Origin: Bigelowiella natans CCMP2755
Taxonomy: Eukaryota > Protista > Cercozoa
DNA: 33,798 nucleotides
Direction: 5' to 3'
Assembly (NCBI GenBank): GCA_000320545.1
Contig: ADNK01001753.1
Span: 1-33,798, forward strand
The notes beneath the pieces were generated by a model that made no database searches, was not told the origin of the DNA, and saw only the letters and a program-made list of their open reading frames with translations. The position numbers and the translations under genes are program-made. Numbering within the stretch: the first letter of the stretch is position 1; each line of letters starts with the position of its first letter. Below are positions 12,424 through 23,600 of the stretch, piece by piece.

Positions 12424-13067
12424 GTGAGTGCCGTGTTCGCTTGCATAAGTGAAGAAAAGATAATGAGAGAATAGATGTGGAGATAAATGGGGGAAGAAGT
12501 TAGTATATAATGGTTAGCATTCGTTTTCTCTTTATAGGCTCTGTGAGGCCAAATTTGTATTGGGCGGTTCCGATGAAAACTACGACACCTGTATGGCTTT
12601 ATAGTGTTAAGGGCAAAATGCGATTTTTTAGTGTAGTAGTAACCATAGTGGTAACTAGTAGCAATGGTAGTAGTAGTAGTGGTAGTAATAGTAGTACTTT
12701 GTTGTTGTGGTAGTAGTAAGTTAGTGATAGATAGCATAGTGGTGTAGATTCATAAAGGGGAAAATAGAACACAGCGCATCATTCAATACATGTACATTTG
12801 ACAATTGCGCATGGGCTACAATCATACACTCTGCGTGTGTTTGTCAACGTCTTCAAGCAATGTTATGCTATCTATTTTGTTTTATCATCGACCAAAAAGC
12901 CAACTGCAATCTATTGCATCCTGCTAGTTCGCTACTTTCCTCACCCCCTCCTCCTCCTCCTTTTTGACTTTTCTTCAATACCCAAAGGTCGATCGATAGT
13001 GGACGAGCTTGCTGCCGGCTTTAGATCAGAGTATCTTGCATGCAATGCTATCCAATATGTTTTTTTA

Positions 13068-13107
<40 letters not shown>

Positions 13108-15301
13108 ACTTTTGAGAACAGTAGATCGTAAACACGCCAAAACCTCCCACGATGAGCACACGACGGAGATAGATCTAAAGGATACTGCTACTCATTTTTT
13201 GGGTAGGTTCGGTTCTGTCGAAAACAACCTGCGTTTCACGCTGGAGAAGGAAAAAAACGACTCGAAATCACCTAAGCTCTCTGCTCTGAATGCTACAACG
13301 CAACGTAGGCCGATGATTTGAGCACAACATCCACTGCTCTCTTTACAGCGAGTCTTTTCGATCTTCAGAATGCATTTGTCAGGATTAATATCCTATAAAT
13401 ATGCCCTGCTATTTGTGCCAATCTGTGATGTCATTACGCGGGACAACCCATCGTCGTTATCGCCATCGCGCCTTAAGATCTCTGTTGCCAATTGTACATT
13501 CAAACCAGGTTCGTTGCTGTGTTTGCTGTCGAATCTCCCCCATGGGGTCCTGCGCATGTCCCAAAATATCGAGGTAAAGCCTTTCGGAACCCGTGGAAGA
13601 TTCCCCCATAAAATCCACCGATCGTTAAAAATCAGCGATGCGGCAATTTGTTGAATGGATGTACTTATGATGAGCCTCGAATATCGGCGTCTTCGAATTA
13701 GAAGCTATGCAAGTCTGTGGGAATGAATGCGCAATTTGTTATAACTTCTATCGTCCTCTCCCCTATCTGTCCTCCCTCATCATCATCCCATCCTTGTGTT
13801 CAAAGAATTTGGTGGAAACCTCTTCAAACATGGCGTCCGTGGAGCGTAAAGGTAGCGTTTGTGATATAATTGCTGTTGAGGAGCCGTGATGGCGACAGTA
13901 TGGATTTATGTTAATCAAAAATACAGAAGAACAGCATACTAACTAGTGGGTAGATCCGAAAAACTGTAAAGCAGCGATTGCCTCTGTCCCACACCACCAC
14001 CCGAACGATGCAATTTTGATTCTTTTGTTTTTTTATAATCGATGGATTTACGAAAGAGAAAGAGGGGAAGATCTTTTACGAAATCGTCTGTTCCACTCGC
14101 TCCTCTTTGAAGCAGCCCTTGGAGATGGCAAGAGCACAAATACGCGCGTGAGACTTCATATGAATCAATTATTTTTAAAATTATGCCTGAGGGAAACGAG
14201 GGTAAGGAGTGGGATGAGGCAGTGAGTGTCAATGTGAGCTTAATTTTGTGCGTGCGTGTGTGTGTGTTTGCGTGTGTGCGTTAATATCCGTGTCGAAAGC
14301 TGATTCTTCTGTGTCGCTACGCCGCCAAAAATACAGGCTTGGAGAATTTTGCGGGGCGAGTGTCTCTCAACCAGAAGCTTATCCTGGTTAGTATCTGTGC
14401 ATACAGACACATGAAATGATTGTCGTCATCATTATTATCATTAAAAATGACTAGAATTTATAAACTGTTGCTCGTCATAAATGTTGTCGTCGATATCATT
14501 TACAATTACTGATTTCCTCATCATCGCATTATTCCTCGACGATTCTCACTCCTCCTTGTGCTTCCTTTTCCGGGTTCTGCTCCCTGTTTGGCTAGGATGG
14601 AACCCAAATCCGAAATCAAAGATTCTTGGTGTCACAAAGGCGTGCTATAAGGTACGCAAAAAGAAACGAGAGTAGTCGTATTATGAACCAACAACGATAA
14701 AGTTCATACTGCAACATTTAAATCGTGTTATTCCATCTTGCCCGGAGACGAAATTATTGCTGACTAATTTCGAAATTATCGTGCTTTTGTGCTCTTGTAT
14801 TTTTGCCTCTAGACAATGTACGGAAAGGATCCTGAAGAGCTCGCCATTCATGCTGGCTTGGAATGCGGGTTGATTCACTCGTATATACTCACAAGCACTC
14901 ATCAGACTTTAAATCGTAAATAGAGAAGGGGAAAGGAAAGGATTTTTTATAAATTTAATTACTTAACGCGTTATTTGTGTTGTGTGTTTAGTATGATCAG
15001 TGACAAGTGTGGTGGCGTGGATACTGTAAGTTTTGGTCCAACAATTACAGGCGCCCATTCTCCTGATGAGAGGGTACGTAGCACCCAACCATTATCACCT
15101 ACGAATAGCACTACAAATGTAAACACGAACGCATCATCGATTAGCTTCAAAGCTCGATAAATAATTTACGTCTTGGGACGATTGCATCATGATGGAGATT
15201 TGGGCTTAACCTTCGAAACTTGAGTTGCTGAATTCTTAATTATACTAAATTAGGTCAAGATTTCAACAGTGAAACCTTTTTTTGAATTGGTATTCTCATA
15301 A
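9259..15301 (+). CDS. pepD: Aminoacyl-histidine dipeptidase (PepD, peptidase M20C), about 20 exons
   Basis: Spliced exons give MLKGLEPK-ELWQAFESLSAIPRPSNKE, QGHVDMV (exon 10051-10164), KGTTLGADNGIG (10363-10475), PPLECLFT-VDEETG and NLDTE (11027-11113), IGCAGG, GGHSGIDI, GGNKRNAIP, IHAGLECG and SFGPTITGAHSPDER. The last exon (VKISTVKPFFELV, from 15254) is approximate. Confidence 0.92.
10491..10598. repeat. Adjacent (TG)n and (TA)n microsatellites in a pepD intron; further (TG)n at ~11181, ~12390 and ~13075
   Basis: Direct reading. Confidence 0.9.
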
Positions 15302-15399
15302 ATATACCTAGATACTTAGTCTGCCTTGATTCAAATGATTTATTGAGATGTCCATTTTTATTGCATCGCCTATGTTGTGTGTACCAACACGGTGTAGGT

Positions 15400-16760
15400 G
15401 CTAAGGATTTTGACTTCCTCCATGGATCGGAAACAATGATGCAGTTCAATGTGGGACAATTTGATTCTCAAACAACAAACACATGCGTTGTATTTTGCGC
15501 ATAATGCTTCAAACATCAAGTTGATGTTGATGTTAATGCATCGTTTTGCGTCCATTGCCACAATCATTTTGTCAATGGCATCAACAAAGTCGTTTTCATG
15601 CATCTGCGCGCTGAGTCAACTCAATCCTCTGGGGCAAATTGTTGGAGAGGTGGAATGGTGCACATGCTAGCATGGCTTGTGGCATGCAATTGCTCCATCT
15701 GCCAGCACTGCCACTGCTACCATTTTGCCATTCTGATGTTGTAATTTCTAGATTTGTCGTAGTTGTGGGATTGTTGCACCACAAGACTCGCGCAGGCGTG
15801 CTGCACCAATGCTGGAATGCAAACAAATCGCAGCAGTGAGCTCTCCACATGTTGGCTTCTTGGCTTTGTGCGCATGGACCCCATGCAATGAGGTTGGCGA
15901 TGTCGCGGTGTGAAAACACGTCTGGACGACGTCCAAGTGTGTCACAACGTGCTGCAACTCTGGCCTTGACCATGCAAGCATGATGCAAGTGAATTCATGG
16001 CAGCACAAACGTGAGTGACGTCTAGACCAGTGGACTTGCACAGTGCCAGAGCTGGAGTGCTTTTGATGCAGCGATGCATCAGCGTTCAGGTCACAATTGT
16101 TTGCGGTTTTGTGGCGTTCTGCGTTGTGTTGCTGTTGAGCAAAGCTGGAAAGCGACATCAATTGCTCTTTGACGCCCACCAGCTCCAGCCTGGCTAGCTA
16201 GCTAGCTGGTGCAAACGAGTGAGTGAAGTGTTTCCTAGTTTCATTGGTTGACAAAGCAATTGATTGACTGATTCGTGATTGTTTTGAAACTTCAATCAGG
16301 TTTGCACAAACACCGTTCTTGCACGCTGTTGGGTGCACTTGTTCGTGTTCACCTCGACACGATGAACTGAGTTGGCGATGTCCAATTCGAAGATGAATGA
16401 AGTTGGCGACAGGCTAGCAGGTGCAGGTGAAAGAAACGAGAGGATTTTCGAAGCGCCACAGAGAGGAGGAAAACCACAACTTCCAGGTCACCGGTTTGAC
16501 CAGGCTGGTCCCTTCTGTCCCTCTCCAACCCATCACTCAGAAAATGTCCCTTTTCCGACCTCAGTGACCGCTGAATTCGTGCATTTTTCTCCACCGCCGT
16601 GACCTTTCTTGGGAAATCGCAATGAAATCGCCGTTGGTCGAAGTCCACAGAATGCTGTGTTAGCTTGGAAGCGAACAAGAAAAACCCAATGGATCCACCC
16701 GCACTCCAACAAAAACGCGGCCACGGAGCAACAAAAACCCAGAAAATTGGGAAAACCAAG
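15400..16760. other. TpA-depleted intergenic island, probably a decayed repeat or mobile/foreign element
   Basis: 7 TA dinucleotides in 15781-16740 (960 nt), 6 of them inside CTAG. No recognisable protein family and no terminal repeats found. Confidence 0.55.
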
Positions 16761-16820
16761 GCGAATTTAAACCAACGACGTCGCTAACATGGATTTAAAG
16801 GGGAAAACAGCCATGCGGGA

Positions 16821-19600
16821 ATGTCTAGTACGAAGCCAGCCAGTCGCCAAAAGGTCAAAACGAGAAGTCGTCCAGTGGATACGTTCCCTTCTTTCGGAAC
16901 AATGGCGCCCGCTCAGCGTTTAGATAATATTAAAGCTGTTACTCCGCAGATGGATGCACATGATCCTTTACACAGAAATCTGTCGACGGCAGGACAGAGA
17001 GGGTCTTGTGGTGTCGCATGGTTGTACACGCTGTGGGTACTCGGAATGGCCTTCATGATGGTTGTGGCGGTGATTCTTCTGCAATACCAACTGATTGAAG
17101 CACAGAAAAATCCAGTGGTTGCCAATTCGGTGAAGCCCTTACAAAGGTTTCCAAGCTTCTCGTTATTGATGTGCCTTCCATCCTCCGACAATAGGAGCAA
17201 TACAACCTGCCCGCTTCCTGACATGCAGTTTGGAAAAAACGGGCAAAAGGGAAACAAGGCAATAGGGGTGGCTAAGTCAATATCCTTTCTCGAGGAGGGC
17301 GCCAGTAGCAGCAGTGTTGAATCTTCCTATCTTCCTGTCAGAAGGTCATAAATACAATAAATACATAAATACATTAGCAGCCGCGCAATGTGTTTATGTA
17401 AATTGATATTTATGTAAGTTGTTTCTCGTAAAAAAATTAATCTCAGATACCTTCCAGAAGAGATGCTAGCGTACGGCAAGTCAATGGACAAATTTAGTTC
17501 TTGCTGGGAAATCGACCCTTTTAGCAGTGCGGGTGACAAGTATAATCTCTTTTCGGATAGGACAGAGGCCTTTCGAACACCAAAGACATTGACAACTACT
17601 GTTGGCTGGATCGATGGGTTAGAGCAATATTCATCGAACAAAATTCAGTACACCAGTACATCAATCTATTTCGCTTTCAAACCGCTGCAACACCGTAACT
17701 AATCATAATTTTGATTTAATTTCAAAAGTTTATCAAGAAGTCCAGCATTTCTGTAGCCCATTACCTTTTTGACCCCATCAGGGTAGAACGGATGGCGCAT
17801 ACGAGGATGTGCACCAGAGTATCACTATTCTATTCTAAAATTGCTGACATCTACAACCAAGATCCCACCCCGACCACTGCGACCAGCAAGGAAAAGATTT
17901 TTCCATCATTCGTAGATGACACAAATATACTACCAATGCATAGTCCCACAAGTTGGAACCAGAATATACCTCTGAGTGTGTATGGCTGGAACGTAATATA
18001 CTCGTTAAATGCAAGCCAAAGCCAATATGTTGGACCTCGTGGAGAGGAGTCTACAAATCTGAAGCTCTCGCTTAAATATCGTAAGGCTCTTTCTCACAAG
18101 GATGTGGCAGAGATTGTTAATTCGGCAGTGTCGATTGAAGAGAGGTATGAGAGAATGGATTACTTGTGAATACTCTAACACGACTCAAAACTAAAATGAA
18201 TCTGGTGTCCATTTCACAGTTAAACAGGATAATACCAGTATTATCACTGACGCCTTCTCATTATTCAGTAATCAGGCTCATGTCATCATGCAGATTGAAA
18301 TATCGAGTCCTTACGGTAAGATTTATGCTAAAGTTAGAGTTAGTGTCCATGACATCGTATAGAACCGGACTCATTAAATATTATCCAAGAATACCTTATT
18401 TTTTTACTTCAAATGGATATAGGCTTTGATTGGAACATGGTTATACAGACAGAGAAGATAAAATATTCATTGTTTTGGATGGTTGGAGAAATTCTCGCAG
18501 TGATTACATCCATGGCATTTTTTACCTTGCTTCTTCTCAAAAGAAAACAGGTGTGCCTTATATATATCATGCAAATTTGGTTCTAGATGACTCAAATACT
18601 TTTCTTCTTTTTTTCCTCATATATTTATTATATACTTCTGTATAGAAACCGTTGCATCCTGGAAACGAGAGATTTGGCCAATACTGTGCAGATACATACG
18701 TTGCTCAGGCAAATATTAAAGCCAAAACTCATGTTAAGCGTTCACAAAATATTCAAGGTAGTCATTATGATGCGGGAGTTAACTTTACAAAGGGGGGTAG
18801 CTAGGTTTATTTTGGCAATTATCTTGTGTCTAAGACTATGCAATATTACATGTTAGTTACTGCTGCTTGATTTCAGCCAAAGAAATGTATCAAAATGAAT
18901 GAGTTTTCACAGTATCCATTTCTCATCATTGTGTAAAACAGGCTACGGCAGCGGACTCTTTACACCCCCTGATAAAACTCAAACAAACTCTAGAGCACGA
19001 AGTAGCTGGGATGGACCGAGCAGCCTCAACACCACCAAATCTTCAATCAGAGATTCTTGGATAGGCAGCAAAGTGAAAGCAGATAATAAAAATAGCAGCC
19101 TTTTCAGTGACAATTCGTCTTACCATCAGCTGATAGACGAAAGATATAATCGCAGTCGACATAATGGAGTTGTACCTATCTCAACGAATAAAAATGAACG
19201 TCAATTCAACTTGCGCTCCCTTCATTTTGCTCCGAACACACATCGCCAGAATCTCCGCTCTCACACTAATGGTAGTCGCAATGTCTACTACGGAGGTCAT
19301 GAAAGTGGTATGAAACGTTCTAACCTTGATAATGATGGCAAAGAGAGACCATACTTCGGAACAATGTTCACTAAAGCTAATTTTGGTGAAGATCGTCATC
19401 ATGTTGATGATGGTGTTGATAAGAAGGAAAAGGACAATGCAAAAGATATTGACCCGCACCGATCATCGTCAGAAACCGTATCAAAGAGATCATCTTTTTC
19501 ATTGCTTAACCTATTACCCCTAGCATGGAGAATTGTGTGGCAGCAACCATCTCATCAAAGTCGCAGTGACGAAAATAACCCCACCCCATGTTGTTCTTAG
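16821..19600 (+). CDS. Two-transmembrane protein with large extracellular loop (DEG/ENaC/PAC-like topology) and long disordered C-tail
   Basis: Exon 1 (16821-17344) contains TM1 (VAWLYTLWVLGMAFMMVVAVILLQYQL) followed by KNPVVANSVKPLQRFPSFSLLMCLP. In-frame exons follow at 17447-, 17782-, 18275- and 18423-; the last carries TM2 (TEKIKYSLFWMVGEILAVITSMAFFTLLLL). Further exons at ~18645- and 18941-. The family call is inference from topology. Confidence 0.7.
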
Positions 19601-19619
19601 CCATTCAAAGTCACCAATG

Positions 19620-20400
19620 ATTCAAATAAGTTGTCACGGATTCTACATATGGGTTTCACTCAGCATGAGCTTCGAGAGTGAATGTGACATGGTACAATCT
19701 ATCAAATGTCTACATGCTAGCATGTCTAGATGCATCGCATCAACTCAAATGCTAGATGAGCAGCAAATGCAAGATGAGTAGCATCGAGTGCCTGCAGAGG
19801 GTTGGCAATCCATCGACATTGCAACCTAGCAACGTGGCAGTCATCGATGAGTCAGATTGTTCTGGTCCGACAGCTAGACGGCTAGACGGGTTGACACCTC
19901 TGGACCTTTGTGTGGTGGCATTCGGACAGCTAGACAGCATGTTTTCGTTGGAGCCCGCACGGAACACTTGTTGACTCATTGAGGTGCACGATCGAGTGTT
20001 GCTCATGCACACCACATCTCTGAAAATGAGTGCTTTCATTTTCAGTTTGCATGCGAGCTTCTCAATTGACCCACGTGGTTTGATCCACTGCGTGCACACG
20101 CTGGCAAGGCTTGAAGGCGCGATGATTGATCGTTCGCATGAGAAACTCATCGTGTTCATCGCACACTTTCATTGTGTTTTCCTTTTGCTGTTGGGCATCA
20201 GTTCGCTAAATGACCAATGTGCAAGCTAGCAAGCAACTCAGCGGGTTGTGGAACAGAGATGACAGATTCACCACATTCTGTTTCACATCTAGTGCTCTGA
20301 AAGAGTCGTTAGTGCTTGAATTGTGATGTCAGGGGATTTTTCAAAGGCGACATTCACATCCATGTTGATTCTTCTCAAAACCATTGCCATTTTCGTCCTA
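19620..20400. other. Second TpA-depleted, CTAG-sparing intergenic island
   Basis: 8 TA in 19801-20340 (540 nt), 6 of them in CTAG. There is a TA-free run of about 270 nt (~19933-20206). Confidence 0.55.
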
Positions 20401-20616
20401 AAATCATTGCCATTTTTACTTTGCATGGTCGAGGTTGAGAAAATAAAACATAGATCTAATTGTACAGATTGTCACCGCATGCACAGAGTTACTTTGTGCG
20501 TTATTTCAACTCGTTTTGATTTGCCTAGTATCAATCTTATGATAAATCCCCTTGATTTCTCTCTTTTACTTTAGAAATGTGCATAAATCATGATCTCATG
20601 CACAAGTCATATCCCC

Positions 20617-23600
20617 ATGCACCCCCATCCCTATCTCCTTGTTCTCATCTTAGGTTTCATGCCCGACTGCAATGGGCAGTTTGTTCCGTGGCTGCGAGAA
20701 AAAAAAATAAGGAGTAGGCTCGAATACGGAGTTAAAACTTCACCGTTATTTGTAGAAAAGAAAGGCCCAAAGCCATCAAATTTGAAGACTTTTTACTATG
20801 AAGTTCCCCCGTACAACCAATCAAAGCAAATCTTAGGAAATGATAAAACGAGACGCCTTAATTCAAACGAACAGCTTCGTATAATGGAGAAGAAACAGGA
20901 AATCTTCAACATCTCACAAGTTCGGTATCAATCACCGAAATCCCAAGTTTCAATTGAAAAAAAAGAAAACGGTATAGCTCTTTTTATTATTAGAGAAATA
21001 AATCTGTATTGAGTGTCCATGTTACGTGATGAATTTTGCAGGGCATACGCAAGACCGTATCACCACCATATGGAGAGGGATTCCCCAGATGTTTCCACTG
21101 CTTCAGGTCTTATTTTGGTTCAATTGATGGCAGAACCTTCAAGCATCTTCTTACGTGGAATGAATTGTAGCTACTTTCTCTGACTTCAGAATACAGAGCC
21201 GTTTGCTGAATCAGATGCAGGAATTGCAGTATGTTTTTAAATATGTCAACCTACAGTAAACACGCACCTTTAAAAGATAAATCCTTTCTATTACACATAT
21301 CAGACTTGGGTCATTTTATCACTGGTCTTGGTCTGCTGTGGAGCGGCATTGTGGTATTATTTTTTATATAGACGAGAACCATCAGTGCCGAGCTCGCCAG
21401 CAGCGTTCCAGACTCGTCCGAACGGCCAACCAAAGACAAAGCTTTCTTCTCACAAGAGAATTTTGCAGAGAGTTCGACAATTTGTAGGGTATCTACTAGA
21501 AATTTTCGTTTATCATTTTGTGATTTTGATAATAGGATATATTTGTAAAAGGATGGAAACTATGAAGCCACTACCAACATCTGTCGATATTTTTAAGGGA
21601 CTTGTAGAACAGGTATAGTACGATGGACAAACCATACAATTTGTCAAAAAATTGTGATATCCTTTCCGATTAAAGGATGGCTATGACTGGCCTACGATCT
21701 TCGCTACATTCATCGTCACACTGGGTCATGATAGGAGTCGACTAAATGATCTGATCAAAGTGAGAGAATATGTGTGTTTACCAACATTTTGGGAGTACTC
21801 TCAAGAATAGTTTTTCAGTGCCAAAACAGCTGGAAAGACCATTTATTCGATTTTTTGCAAAAAGTATTCAAGGTACTTGTAGTGAGTACACTATGTCATG
21901 CATATTTATAATGTGCCACCATTTGCCGTTTCTGCCACAGGTATACACTGTAATAGTGTAGGGTGTGGTATTTGTGACCATAGATACCGTTTATCTGTTA
22001 CCAGGACACATCTTCGACATTGGATGAGAAGACAAGGAACAATATGGAGGAATCTAAAAAGCAGATTGAGCAGACACGACTGCTGAATTTTGCGGTAGCT
22101 AAACAAAATTTATGTCGACCAAATCAAACTATTCATGGAATACTTCATATGAAATTACTTTTATCTTCTACCAGATTTCAATTTTAGCTACGATCGATGT
22201 TCGCGATTTTCGGTTTCCACGCTTGTTATCAGTTGCCAACCTAACCCAAGGGCGATCAGGCCGCTTTTCCCAAGGTGAGAGCCAAGTTAGTATGGAGGTA
22301 GAAACCAAAAAACGTGGAGATTCTAAACAGACCCCTCTTCCAAGAAGTAGTCCATCTCTTGACCAATATGATGAACGCCCTCAATCTAATGGATGTTGGG
22401 AAATATGTCGAAATGTATTATGGTCCACGAATGGGAAGCTCACCATCGAGAAGACAATATCATTAATGGAGAAAGCTTCAAAAAATTTTCTTGCTGATAT
22501 GCAAACAAAGCGCACAGTTTTATCAGACTTATTAAATCTTATTGTTCGCAAACTTATAGAAGATTGCAGACACCAAGCGCGAATGCTACCGCTGGTAACT
22601 GAAACGCTAGATCATGAAGCGTGGGGTCGCACAGTTAAACTTATGACGATTATACGTAACCACGTATTAATTCGGGACAAGTTTAAGGGGTTTAAATTAG
22701 CTATGGCTGACGAGCATTTCGTTGACTATGTGTTAGTAAATTCTACTGCTGAGTATCTTGATACAAAGTTAGTTAGTAGAATCCTTTCTTCACAAAAATA
22801 TTTGGAGATGTTGCAAGATGCCAAGGGACAAAAATCAAGATCAAGAATAACAACAAGACGCGGGACTCTATTGCAGCACTTCGACCTTTTTTCTTCTCTT
22901 TCTGCTGTGTTAAAACGAGCTACTAATGGTCCATTGCGCACGGGAGGAATAAGATCTACTAGAATGAGCAAAAATAGCAGCAGAAATTCAAGAAATTCGT
23001 TTTCAGCTCGAGGGAGAAGCCGAGATAGAGAAATTTCAAAGATCCTTGAGCGTGTCGAGGAGGCTTATGAAAACCAGGAACGGCTAATTACAACTCTGGT
23101 TCTGATGGGATATGGAGAAGCATCTCAATTAAGAGCATCCCTGAAGATCTGCGTACAGGCTATTAAAGATAAACGGACAAAGTCTATTGACGGTTCCCAC
23201 CGAAGTGGCACTGGTGCCCGTAGGAGAGGTATGTTTACGGCGAGTTCGTTGGTTCTCTATACTCTTAGTGATGCAGTAACTGAAGAAATTAGTGAGAAAA
23301 TTGCAAGAATCAAACATCAAAACCAAGCGTTGTCTCTTCGTCACTCTATAAACTCTATAAAGATGGACAAAGAAACCAAATCGATTAAATCTGTACTAAT
23401 GCCACCGCCTGTGGCACCGGGTGACAAAGCAACCAACATTTCCCCTACATCATACACAGTTATTCTCCTCGGAATTTCCGTAAATGCGGAAGAGCTTGGT
23501 TTCGATAGGCTGCACGGGCAAAAAAAATCGCAACTCCTAACTCACCAGCAAGTTTCATCCAGTCAGTTTATTCAGTCACTTTTTGGGGTATGTAACACTC

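Noticed and set aside
15740-15900. Possible His-Cys box homing endonuclease motif (WCNNPTTTTNL)
   Set aside because: The key SHLC/CxNPxH residues are absent; the resemblance is superficial.
15596-16759. Several overlapping 60-143 aa ORFs on both strands
   Set aside because: TpA depletion removes TAA/TAG stops and inflates ORF length in every frame; no family motifs recognised.
19752-20229. Overlapping ORFs in the second island
   Set aside because: Same stop-codon depletion artefact; no recognisable domain.
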